Part shown: positions 8,126-17,466 of the stretch, piece after piece
Layout of the letters: each line of letters starts with the position of its first letter
Numbering within the stretch: position 1 is the stretch's first letter
Notes under the pieces: model-generated
What the model was told of the DNA's origin: nothing
Databases searched by the model: none
The model's input: only the letters and a program-made list of their open reading frames with translations
IMG/VR virus record: IMGVR_UViG_3300030099_002957
DNA from: an uncultured virus (IMG/VR IMGVR_UViG_3300030099_002957)
Taxonomy: Duplodnaviria; Heunggongvirae; Uroviricota; Caudoviricetes
Strand: one strand, 5' to 3'
Length of the DNA: 64,000 nt
Program-made: the position numbers and the translations under genes

Positions 8126-10698
8126 TGCTGAGTTCTAAGGAACAGATGGAAATAATCAAAGCAGCTATTGATAGAAAATATCAAGGTCCTGTATATGAAT
8201 TGATAGAACAGGCTATGATAGAGCGTGCTGCTCAGATAGAACAAAAGCAAAAAGAAGGAGATCAAAATCAACCTTTACAACCAGTATCTTTAGGGTCTAT
8301 AGATCCAGAAGTTCAGGAGCCAACATCTACAGAAAGAAATATAATAATGCCTGGTCAATATAAAGATGGAGGTGTAAAAGAAGATAAAGATCAAGTTGCA
8401 TTAAATGTTTATTATCCAGAGGTAGAGGTAACTGGGAATCGTTTAGAGCCTGCAATAAGTGGTGGTGATATATCTGAAGTAACTACTGAACCTAAAAAAA
8501 CTTTGCTAGATAAAATTAAAAATGTTGGTTTGAATTATATTAATCCTTTATTAATTGCAGACAATACATTACAAGCTTTAAGCATACCTTCTAACATTAT
8601 TAGAGAAAGCATAGAAGGTATAGGTGGTAAAGGAGATGCTAAGTTTAATTGGAAAGATATTATTCCAGATGTATACAATACTACTATATTTGATGAGGAT
8701 AAAAAACAAGAACCAGTTTCAAAAACATTAGGTGTAGAAGGCTTTTTTCCAAGTTTGCTTGTTGATCTAGCTACAGATCCTACAACATATGTAGGCGCAG
8801 GAGTTGTTAAAAATCTTGTACAAAAAAGTGGTAAAACAATTTTACCTAAAGTTGGAAAGCAGGTAAAGAAAATAAAACCAGGATATAAATCTCAAAGCCC
8901 TACTACAACTACAACAACAACTAAACCTACAACAGCTAAGGTTGATAAACCTAAAAACGATATAGTAACCAAAGAAAATATAATTACACCTACAGCTAAA
9001 GAAGATAAACTTATTAATGAGGCTCTAGACAATTCTTCTAACTTTTATCAAAAACAATTTGAGGGGGCTGTTAATCAGAAGAAATTAGATGAGATGGGTC
9101 CGTATGGAGATCAAATAAGACTTAATTATAAAACTAGTCTAGACCTTGGGACTTTTGGATCACAGACTCGTTCAGGGTTGGGTAGTGATATAAGTCAAAT
9201 GGGCTATTCTACCACGTTAGATATTAACAAAATTGGTCAAAGACGTGCTGTAGATTTTGATGGTGATTTAAAATTTCTAGACTATGACGCACCTAATCCT
9301 AGAGTAAGTTTTGTAAATAAAAGTCAGAGTCTTATGGGATATAGGCAGAAAAGTAAATTTAGTGTAGGTAAAAATATTGGTGGTAAGATAAAAACTCAAG
9401 CTGATGTTGATGATAATTTTGTAAAAAGTCTTGGAGAAACTGATATTCATGAAACCTCTCATAATCTTGGTATGCCTACCAATTTTAAAGCATACTATAG
9501 ACCCAGCAAAGGAGAGAATGCAGGTAAAATTGTAAGTTATAATCTCCACCCTAATAACATGTTTACTCTTCACAGAAACAAAAATTTAGTTTTTGACCCA
9601 AGGCAACCTGCAATAAGATATGGAGAGGGTATAGCTACAAAAGTTACTGATGAGGGTGTAACATTTACAACAAAATGGAATCCAAAAAAAGAACAATTTG
9701 ACACAGAGTTTGTTAAAAAAAGTGATTTGCCTGTAGATCAATACAATCTCTTGAATACTATGAAAAACAAACCAAGTAGCCAAAAAAGGTTTAAGAATTT
9801 TTTTGAATATAAAAGGCAACCCCTTGAAATAGTTCCTAATATGCAGGCGTTTAAATATCAGGGTAAATATACAGATGACCTTTATGGAAATATTGGTTCT
9901 GGTACTGCTGACAAACTTTATGGTAAATTAAAAAATTCTGATCGTACGCAATGGGCTTTATTTAGAGATAGTAAGGCGTTTCAAAATATATTTAATAAAT
10001 CTACTTATGGTGCTGTGCCTGTTGGAGGTATAGGTGGGGCAACTATATTTAATAATAAAGAAACTAGCACAGGTTATAGGAAAGGAGGTTTTAAAAAAGA
10101 AAATGGTGGATTTAAAATATCTTTAACAAAAGAAGGTTTTCGTCCTATAGATGATCAGTTCTTTTCTAGATATAGATATTACAAAGGTAAAAGTTGTGAA
10201 GAAACAGATTCAGCATGTTCTTACAGACCAAACACTACAATAGGGTTTAATGCAGGAGATAGATCTTTATTTGCATCATATACTCCAGAAATTGAAGTTC
10301 CTCTTGGAGGAGATAGAATAAGAACAGGTGGGGGTATCTTAGCACTAGGCACAAACTTTGAAGGAACTTTAGATAAGGATTTAAATATTGATAGCTCTAT
10401 AACAGGTACTGGTAGAATTGGTTGGAACAGATATGAACGTAGACAAGAAAATCAAGGATTAATAAATCCTTTTACTGGTAAGAGAATGGACAAAGTTAGA
10501 CCACAAGTAGAAGCTGGTATTTATGGTAACTATGATTTACAAAATAAAAATATAAAAGATGTTGGTTTGTATGGAAGGTATGGAGCTTTGTCAGGTAATT
10601 TAGGATATGACTTAACAGACAAACAAGTCAAAGCTGGAATAGGATTAAAATTTAAAGAAGGAGGGAAAAAAAGAAAATGTAGATATGGATGCTGGTAA
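8125..10698 (+). CDS. Modular putative virion protein with a zincin HExxH domain and xxGG motifs
   Basis: HETSH at 9448-9462 with a downstream YKRQPLE; YKDGG, YRKGG, KENGG and FKEGG motifs; beta-rich C-terminal module. Confidence 0.7.
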   Translation: MLSSKEQMEIIKAAIDRKYQGPVYELIEQAMIERAAQIEQKQKEGDQNQPLQPVSLGSIDPEVQEPTSTERNIIMPGQYKDGGVKEDKDQVALNVYYPEVEVTGNRLEPAISGGDISEVTTEPKKTLLDKIKNVGLNYINPLLIADNTLQALSIPSNIIRESIEGIGGKGDAKFNWKDIIPDVYNTTIFDEDKKQEPVSKTLGVEGFFPSLLVDLATDPTTYVGAGVVKNLVQKSGKTILPKVGKQVKKIKPGYKSQSPTTTTTTTKPTTAKVDKPKNDIVTKENIITPTAKEDKLINEALDNSSNFYQKQFEGAVNQKKLDEMGPYGDQIRLNYKTSLDLGTFGSQTRSGLGSDISQMGYSTTLDINKIGQRRAVDFDGDLKFLDYDAPNPRVSFVNKSQSLMGYRQKSKFSVGKNIGGKIKTQADVDDNFVKSLGETDIHETSHNLGMPTNFKAYYRPSKGENAGKIVSYNLHPNNMFTLHRNKNLVFDPRQPAIRYGEGIATKVTDEGVTFTTKWNPKKEQFDTEFVKKSDLPVDQYNLLNTMKNKPSSQKRFKNFFEYKRQPLEIVPNMQAFKYQGKYTDDLYGNIGSGTADKLYGKLKNSDRTQWALFRDSKAFQNIFNKSTYGAVPVGGIGGATIFNNKETSTGYRKGGFKKENGGFKISLTKEGFRPIDDQFFSRYRYYKGKSCEETDSACSYRPNTTIGFNAGDRSLFASYTPEIEVPLGGDRIRTGGGILALGTNFEGTLDKDLNIDSSITGTGRIGWNRYERRQENQGLINPFTGKRMDKVRPQVEAGIYGNYDLQNKNIKDVGLYGRYGALSGNLGYDLTDKQVKAGIGLKFKEGGKKRKCRYGCW

Positions 10699-10776
10699 AG
10701 TGTTATATAATAATAGAAAAACCAAAAAATAAAAAACTATAAAAAATATAGATATAATTACTAATTTTGTAAACTA
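10699..10776 (+). promoter_or_regulatory. Putative late promoter, copy 2 (scaffold/capsid)
   Basis: AGTGTTATATA (10699-10709) plus ACTAATTTTGTAAACTA (10760-10776), both identical to copy 1. Confidence 0.65.
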
Positions 10777-10792
10777 ATAAAACAATAAATAT

Positions 10793-11896
10793 ATGGACCC
10801 AAATGAAAAAATACAACTAGATGACATCTCTTTTGACGATGTTATTGCTGGTGACGGAGTAGCTACAGAAACTGTAGAACCCGTAGAAGAAACCAAAGAA
10901 GAACAACAACCTGTAGAAACTACAGAAGAACCTTTAGAGGATATTGCGTTAGATGATACCGAAGAGGAAGAGGAGGAAGAAGTAGAAGAAGAGGAGTATG
11001 AAGAAGCTGAGGAAGAGGAATCTTATGAGGATGATGAAGAAGGTGAAGGATACTCTACAGTAGTTGGAGAAGTTTTAGATAAACTAGGATATGACCTAGA
11101 AGGTGATAGCTATGATGACACAGCTGAAGGTTTGGCAAATATGACTGCAGACGTAGCATCACAAATGGCTGATGAAAGAATTGATAAAGTTCTTGAGGCG
11201 TTTCCTTTAGTTAAAAAACATTTAGATTATGTTTTAGCTGGAGGAGAGTCACAAAATTTTATGGAAGCGTATGACCCTAACTTGGATTATAATCAAGTTA
11301 ACATTGAAGAAGATGACCACAGGTCTCAGAAAGCAATATTAGGAGATTACTTAGAATTAAAAGGACATGATCAAGACTTTATTGAAGAGATGTTAAATGA
11401 CTTTGAGGATACAGGTAAATTGTATCAAAAAGCAGAAGCTGCTCGAGGAGCGCTTGCTAAACATCAAAACAGTCAAAGAGAACAGTTGGTAGAAAGACAA
11501 AGAAAAGAAACAGAAGCAAGACAAGCAGAGGTACAAAAATTCTGGAACAATGTTTCTGATACTATTGAGGATGCAGATTCTTTTGCTGGTATAGCAGTAC
11601 CAAAAAAAGACAAAGAAGACTTTTTTGACTATCTATCAACACCTGTAACCAAAGAAGGTTACACACAAAGAGACATAGATCATGCAGAAGCTGATATGGA
11701 AATAAAATTAGCTATTGACTATCTAATGTACACAGGGTTTGACTTAAGTGATTTAATATCTACTAAAGCTAAAACTCAAAATGCTAGAACGTTGAGAGAA
11801 CGTATTAGTAGAAATGAAGATAGAGTTAAATCTACTCGAAGATCAACAAGAAGAAGTAAAAATGTTGATTTAGATAATTTAGATCTATCAATTTAA
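10793..11896 (+). CDS. Putative capsid scaffolding protein
   Basis: Very acidic N-terminus with a poly-Glu tract, helical/coiled-coil body, directly upstream of the MCP. Confidence 0.7.
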   Translation: MDPNEKIQLDDISFDDVIAGDGVATETVEPVEETKEEQQPVETTEEPLEDIALDDTEEEEEEEVEEEEYEEAEEEESYEDDEEGEGYSTVVGEVLDKLGYDLEGDSYDDTAEGLANMTADVASQMADERIDKVLEAFPLVKKHLDYVLAGGESQNFMEAYDPNLDYNQVNIEEDDHRSQKAILGDYLELKGHDQDFIEEMLNDFEDTGKLYQKAEAARGALAKHQNSQREQLVERQRKETEARQAEVQKFWNNVSDTIEDADSFAGIAVPKKDKEDFFDYLSTPVTKEGYTQRDIDHAEADMEIKLAIDYLMYTGFDLSDLISTKAKTQNARTLRERISRNEDRVKSTRRSTRRSKNVDLDNLDLSI

Positions 11897-11956
11897 TAAC
11901 GGCAATTCTTCAAGGAGACTTGAATTTTGTATATAACTTTAAAAAATAATTAGAAT

Positions 11957-13411
11957 ATGGCAATTAACGGAACAAACATAAGCGTTCAAAAAACGTTTTA
12001 CAATGACTCGCAAATGACAGACATGAACAGTCTATCAGCTGCATTGTTGGCAAAACCGACTGAGCTGTCTCCAATTATTACTCATTTAGCAGGAAAAGAC
12101 GATAAAAGATTTCCACTATCTTTCTTAACGGAAGGTGTTGGTAACGTAAAATCTATTGACCGCTTGGAGTATGAATATCGTGTGGCAACACATAGATTGA
12201 GAACGAGACCAGTAGCGGCGACACCAGCATCAACTTCAAATGTTGGTCTAGGAGGAGCAAGCTTCGAGCTTGAATTCCCTGACAAGCATTTTGTATTTCC
12301 ATACGTATTAGTATCTCAAGGAGGTACTCAAGCACGTATAATGAAAGAGCCTCAGCAAGTGGCTGGTGGAACTTCATACAAGTATACATTACAATTAGTA
12401 AATCCAGCAGCTACAGCAACTGTTGCAGCAGCAGATATTACAGTAGGAGCTCTTTGGGCTCAAATGTATGCACCAGTAGGAACTGACTTCTCTAGAGGTA
12501 ATGCTTCTAACTGGGAAACTCCAGGTAAAGTAAGAAATAAACTAACTACAGTTAGAAAATCTTACCACATGTCTGGAAACGCTAAAGATTATGTAGCAGA
12601 GTTTGCTCTACCAACTAAAGGTGGATCTACTACTAAACTTTGGATGGACTACGAAGAGTACTTACACATGCTTGACTTTAAAGAAGAGTGTGAAATGTAC
12701 TACTGGTATGGTCAAAAGACTTATGACTCAAACGGGATCACTTACATGAAAGATGAAAATGGTCAACCAGTTGTTGTAGGTCCTGGTCTATTAGAGCAAA
12801 TAGTAAATAAAGATACTTACTCTACTATGACTGAAACAAAAATTAAAAACATCATCGGTGATTTATTTTATCAAATGACTGATGCTGCTCAAAAACAAGT
12901 AACTCTTTACACTGGTACTGGAGGTGCTAGAGAATTTGATGAGGCGTTAAAAGCTCACTTCTCAGCTGCAGGTAATGCATTTAAAGTTGGAGGTGAAAAT
13001 AGATTCATCACAGGTTCTGGTAGATCATTAGGTTTAACTGGTTACTTTACTACGTACGAGCACGTAGACGGACACACTGTAAATGTGGTAAAATTACCAT
13101 TATTTGATCATGGTGCGGTTGCTCAAGCTCGTGCAAAACACCCTGTTACTGGATACTCTTTAGAATCATACAGAATGGTATTTGTTGATCAATCAAATTA
13201 TGATGGTCAGAATAACCTACAAATGATTTCTAAGAAGGGCCGTGAGGCGATGAGATGGTGTGTAGCTGGATCTGTAGTCCCTAGAGGATTTAGTTCTACT
13301 GACGCTAGAGCATCTGATGTTGATGGGGCGTCTGTACACATGTTAAAAACTGCAGGTATCGCATTAAGACGTTTTGATACTTCTTTAGACATTGAGTGTA
13401 CAGCATCTTAA
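11957..13411 (+). CDS. Major capsid protein (HK97 fold, crAss type)
   Basis: 484 aa; FPLSFLTEG, GPGLLEQI, YTGTGGAREF, SYRMVFVD; highly-expressed codon bias; followed by a terminator-like hairpin. Confidence 0.93.
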   Translation: MAINGTNISVQKTFYNDSQMTDMNSLSAALLAKPTELSPIITHLAGKDDKRFPLSFLTEGVGNVKSIDRLEYEYRVATHRLRTRPVAATPASTSNVGLGGASFELEFPDKHFVFPYVLVSQGGTQARIMKEPQQVAGGTSYKYTLQLVNPAATATVAAADITVGALWAQMYAPVGTDFSRGNASNWETPGKVRNKLTTVRKSYHMSGNAKDYVAEFALPTKGGSTTKLWMDYEEYLHMLDFKEECEMYYWYGQKTYDSNGITYMKDENGQPVVVGPGLLEQIVNKDTYSTMTETKIKNIIGDLFYQMTDAAQKQVTLYTGTGGAREFDEALKAHFSAAGNAFKVGGENRFITGSGRSLGLTGYFTTYEHVDGHTVNVVKLPLFDHGAVAQARAKHPVTGYSLESYRMVFVDQSNYDGQNNLQMISKKGREAMRWCVAGSVVPRGFSSTDARASDVDGASVHMLKTAGIALRRFDTSLDIECTAS

Positions 13412-13455
13412 TTTGGCATTAATTTGCAGTCTATATATTGGTTTTTGATTAAGGT

Positions 13456-13483
13456 TGTGGGGGAACAATCCCCCACATCTTTA
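13456..13483 (+). terminator. Intrinsic terminator after the MCP
   Basis: TGTGGGGGA-ACAA-TCCCCCACA stem-loop followed by TCTTT. Confidence 0.7.
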
Positions 13484-13550
13484 ATTACAATTATATAATC
13501 GGGGAGTTATTCTTTACACCCACTAACTAAAACTTTAAAAGAACTGAATT

Positions 13551-14363
13551 ATGGAAAAAAAAGTGTATTTAAGGAGAAAAGACCTAGATGGTCATCTACC
13601 TAAAGCAGTAAGAGCAGAAGCTACAATGAAATTAAGTAGTGTGTTTGTAAACAGACAACCACTTAAACCATTTAGCTTAGCTGAAGAAAAAAAGTATATG
13701 GAAGGAATTTTAGATGTTAATCCTGATCATGTTGATTGGCCTAAACATTCTAAAAAATTCTGGGCAGAACTTACAATACCTGTTGGTTTTACAGGAGTAG
13801 AACTAGAAATAGGAAAAGATGAAAATGGGAGACCATTAAATATTATGGATTTTATTAAGTACAATTTTGCACTTAAACACCCTCATGTATCTTTAACTAA
13901 ACAGGAAATGGATAAAGATTACAATAAAAGATTTTATATCCAAGATCTTACAAGAGATGATAAAGTTAAAAATAACCTTATCAAACTTAAGAAAGACGCA
14001 GATAAAGAATTTATTAAAGTATCTTCTAATCCTTCAAACATGAAGAGAATACTAAGATTAATGTCTAATACTAATCCTGCTAGGATGAGTTTAGAACAAA
14101 TTGAAAATGCTCTTTATGAAATTAAGAATAAAGAACCTAAAAGATTTATTAAAATTGCAACTGATAAAAACTTAGAACTAAAAGCAGAGATTGAAGAAAT
14201 GGTTTCTTCTGGGGTTTTAAGAAAGATTGGTAATCAGATAATTTTTATAGACGAGGTTCTTGGTGATACTACAGAAGACACTGTTGTTCATTTAAAAGAC
14301 AAAAAGAATTCTGGTAAATTAACAATACTTAGAGCAAAACTCAAAGAATTAGCATTAACATAA
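13551..14363 (+). CDS. Conserved crAss-like protein following the MCP
   Basis: 270 aa; KKFWAELTI..GRPLNIMDFIKYNFALKHPHV; syntenic position. Confidence 0.7.
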   Translation: MEKKVYLRRKDLDGHLPKAVRAEATMKLSSVFVNRQPLKPFSLAEEKKYMEGILDVNPDHVDWPKHSKKFWAELTIPVGFTGVELEIGKDENGRPLNIMDFIKYNFALKHPHVSLTKQEMDKDYNKRFYIQDLTRDDKVKNNLIKLKKDADKEFIKVSSNPSNMKRILRLMSNTNPARMSLEQIENALYEIKNKEPKRFIKIATDKNLELKAEIEEMVSSGVLRKIGNQIIFIDEVLGDTTEDTVVHLKDKKNSGKLTILRAKLKELALT

Positions 14364-14364
14364 T

Positions 14365-15534
14365 ATGAATGTAACAGAAATGCATATAGCAGTACAGCAA
14401 GGAGTGGATAAAATAAATTCACTCCAAGCTGACATGCTATTACCTCAAGAAATAGATATAGAATTAAATAAATCTGTTTCTAGATTTTTAAACACGAAGT
14501 ACGGAAAAAACAATAAATATGGTAGGGGTTTTGAAGAAAGCCAAAAAAGAATAGATGATCTTAGAAGTTTGGTTAAAGAATATTCAGCTCCAGTAATTTT
14601 TAAAGAGCAATATAGTGACAGATTTTGGGTAGATCAATTTAGATTACCTTCTGATTATCTATATTTAGTAAATCAAAGGTCTGAGGTTTTTACAGATATT
14701 AACTGTGATCCAATATCATTTTCTTATGATGATAATGACCCTACAGCATACTATGTAATGCCTTTGACTGAATTACATGATGGAACTAATATGGCTGAGG
14801 GAGCAGCAATTATGGCTGATCCTTCTGATCCTAGTTTAGGATTTAATTATGTATTTGTAAATCAAGGTACATATACATACCCGCAGGATATACAAGCATT
14901 TAAAGATTTTTTAATAGACCCAGCTAATTGGCAACCAGGTATACAAGTATATTGGGAACAGTATGGTCAATTACAATTTCCTAATTCTTTTATAATTATA
15001 GTAGACTTTGTAAATACTATAACATATCTTAATTGGGATGCGGCAGATCCTCAAGCTAATGCTACAGCTCCTACTTTAGTAACACCTATAATTACATCTT
15101 ATCCAGGATCTACTGGACCAGAAGATGATGCCAATGGAGTTATCTATGTTCAATACACTGAAAACGGATTAGGCACAAAAAGATTACCTCCTGCATTTGC
15201 AGTGAGAAAATTTGCAACAAACAAATTTATACAACACGACGACATATTTACCTTATTAGATGATCCTTTTAATACTACAAAATATACATCACCATTAACA
15301 ACTATGCGTGGAGAATATATTGACTTGTATACGAATGATATATTTATAATAGACAAGGTAAAAATAACATATATAAGAAAACCAAGGCAAATTTCACTAA
15401 CTTTGGGGATTAGTTGTGAACTTCCTGAACATACTCATCAAGAGCTTGTGGACATGACAGTTAGCAGCATTTTAGAGGGAATTAGTGACCCTCGATACAA
15501 AACTCACGAAGCAGAAGTGAGTAAAAATGAATAA
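14365..15534 (+). CDS. Putative tail ring/head-tail connector protein
   Basis: MNVTEMH..EIDIELNK..GFEESQKRIDDLRSLV at the N-terminus and YIRKP..CELPEHTHQELVDM at the C-terminus, as in crAss ring proteins; central inserted domain. Confidence 0.7.
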   Translation: MNVTEMHIAVQQGVDKINSLQADMLLPQEIDIELNKSVSRFLNTKYGKNNKYGRGFEESQKRIDDLRSLVKEYSAPVIFKEQYSDRFWVDQFRLPSDYLYLVNQRSEVFTDINCDPISFSYDDNDPTAYYVMPLTELHDGTNMAEGAAIMADPSDPSLGFNYVFVNQGTYTYPQDIQAFKDFLIDPANWQPGIQVYWEQYGQLQFPNSFIIIVDFVNTITYLNWDAADPQANATAPTLVTPIITSYPGSTGPEDDANGVIYVQYTENGLGTKRLPPAFAVRKFATNKFIQHDDIFTLLDDPFNTTKYTSPLTTMRGEYIDLYTNDIFIIDKVKITYIRKPRQISLTLGISCELPEHTHQELVDMTVSSILEGISDPRYKTHEAEVSKNE

Positions 15535-15558
15535 ATATTAATTTAAAAAAATAGAAAA

Positions 15559-16488
15559 ATGGCAAGACATTTGTTTATCGGAAACGAGGTTGCGGTTAGC
15601 TACACTAATGGTGTATTAGCTAATGGTGCTCTTGATGTCCAAAAATTAAGTGCTTCAGGACCTACAAGTATGGTAGCTGGAGACACAGTAGCAGACTCTC
15701 CACAATTTAGAATTGTACAGGGTAATGGAACAACTAATATTGTAAGTCCTTGGATTTATGGTAAAGATGTGATTAACTGGAGTGGTAAAGGTCACGCTGC
15801 ACAAACTGCGCAAGTTAGAAATGGAGCATTAACTACTAATGCAACAATTGCTGGTGAGCACACTTTAAAAATCATAAACAAAACTAACGGTAACGAACCT
15901 TTTGAAATGAAGTCATATACAATTAGTGTAGCTGCAAATGCAACTCCAACTCAACAGTGTATAGATTTTGCTGCTGCTATTAATGCTGATTTACCTCACT
16001 GGGTAAACAGTATTACTAACAACGGTACAGACATTGATTTTACTGGATTTAAAAAAGGTGAAGTTAAGGCTGATGGATCAGTTCAAGAAGATTTAGTTGA
16101 AATGGAATTAGCTTTTGAAGCTATTGATGGTGGCGGTAACGGTACTACTTTAGCAGATACAAATACAACTCCAGGATCTAGAGGAGTTGGTGATGGTTTT
16201 TATGTAGAAAAGATGGAAGATATTGCAAGAGGTGTTAACTATGGTTTTTACCACAGAGGTCACCTTCCAAATACTCCAGCTTTAGTAACTAATACTGCTA
16301 GTCCTTACGACATGTATCACATTGCAGCTACTAAAGATGGTTCATCTAATTCTCAAATTCACGGTGTTGATAATATTATTGAGTTTAATATTGCATTCGA
16401 TAACGGTACAGGTTCTATAACGCAAGCGTTTGAGTCAGTACTAAACGGATATTTAGCGTCAGTAAATTTTGCACCAGTTAACTTATAA
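15559..16488 (+). CDS. Putative auxiliary capsid/decoration protein
   Basis: Ala/Thr/Gly-rich 309 aa with MCP-like codon bias; position matches the crAss auxiliary capsid gene. Confidence 0.55.
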   Translation: MARHLFIGNEVAVSYTNGVLANGALDVQKLSASGPTSMVAGDTVADSPQFRIVQGNGTTNIVSPWIYGKDVINWSGKGHAAQTAQVRNGALTTNATIAGEHTLKIINKTNGNEPFEMKSYTISVAANATPTQQCIDFAAAINADLPHWVNSITNNGTDIDFTGFKKGEVKADGSVQEDLVEMELAFEAIDGGGNGTTLADTNTTPGSRGVGDGFYVEKMEDIARGVNYGFYHRGHLPNTPALVTNTASPYDMYHIAATKDGSSNSQIHGVDNIIEFNIAFDNGTGSITQAFESVLNGYLASVNFAPVNL

Positions 16489-16512
16489 TATTAACCTTTA
16501 AAATTTAAAAAA

Positions 16513-16869
16513 ATGAGTAAATTATCAAACGTAAAAACAGCTTCATTTGACACTGGTGTTATGACATCTGCTGGAGACTATCCTTCTGGAGGAAGTGGAG
16601 TATATTTACCTGCGGGAGCTTTAGTTCTTCGTGCACATTTAAGTGAAATAACTACATTAGCTGGTGGTACAAATGTAAAGCTAGTTAGTGGTTCTACAGA
16701 CTTAATGGGTACACTAGCAACTGGATCTATAGATGACTACAATGCTCTTACATTAACAGCAAATAAATTGTCTGCTGGAGGAGAGCTTAAACTAACTACT
16801 ACTGGAACTTACAGTGGTGGTAGTAGAGCTATCTTACATGTAGAGTATGTAACTGAGATTGACGAGTAA
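16513..16869 (+). CDS. Small beta-rich virion (head decoration-like) protein
   Basis: YLPAGALVLRAHL..LHVEYV; Gly/Thr-rich. Confidence 0.55.
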   Translation: MSKLSNVKTASFDTGVMTSAGDYPSGGSGVYLPAGALVLRAHLSEITTLAGGTNVKLVSGSTDLMGTLATGSIDDYNALTLTANKLSAGGELKLTTTGTYSGGSRAILHVEYVTEIDE

Positions 16870-16885
16870 AATCGTATAACTATAT

Positions 16886-16926
16886 AAGACTAATAGGGGG
16901 CATAGTCCCCCTGTCAGTCTTTTTTT
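16886..16926 (+). terminator. Intrinsic terminator
   Basis: AGACTAATAGGGGGC-ATA-GTCCCCCTGTCAGTCT stem followed by a T run. Confidence 0.85.
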
Positions 16927-16942
16927 ATAAAAATAAAATAAT

Positions 16943-17446
16943 ATGGGATTTAATATAAGCGTAGAAAACTCTTGTAAGTTAATAGCTATATCTGGAGACA
17001 GATACGATCAGACAGCTACACAAGCTGACATTGTGCTTGAAAATATGGAAGACGGAACTTCATACACAGTAACTATGGCGTATGATGGTTCAGGTAAAGG
17101 AACTTTAAATTTTCCTTCTGAAAACTTACCATCGCAGTATGGAGTGTATAGAGCATGTTTATCAGAAAACGGCCTAGAATATGGATGCAAACCATTTATA
17201 ATTAAATGTAATATAGATTGTTGTTTAAACAAACTAACATACGAATTAATAGATTGTCATTGTGATTGTGCAAGATGTGCAACAGCTATGGCAAAAGCAC
17301 AAAAAATATATTTACTATTACAAAGCGCTATTTCTTCTGTAGAGATTGCAGGAGAAAACCAAAGTAATTCATATTATATTGATATACTACATAAGTATAA
17401 CAAAGCAAAAGAAATTTGTGATAACAGTTGTGGGTGTGATTGTTAA
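16943..17446 (+). CDS. Cys-rich structural protein (tail hub-like)
   Basis: Beta N-domain plus a helical Cys-rich C-terminus (IDCCL..CHCDCARC..CDNSCGCDC); role inferred from synteny. Confidence 0.55.
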   Translation: MGFNISVENSCKLIAISGDRYDQTATQADIVLENMEDGTSYTVTMAYDGSGKGTLNFPSENLPSQYGVYRACLSENGLEYGCKPFIIKCNIDCCLNKLTYELIDCHCDCARCATAMAKAQKIYLLLQSAISSVEIAGENQSNSYYIDILHKYNKAKEICDNSCGCDC

Positions 17447-17466
17447 TCTTATAATTAAACTTTAAA

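Noticed and set aside
3447..13411. Introns or inteins in terL, portal or MCP
   Set aside because: Genes are contiguous, of ordinary length, and show no intein splice or homing endonuclease motifs
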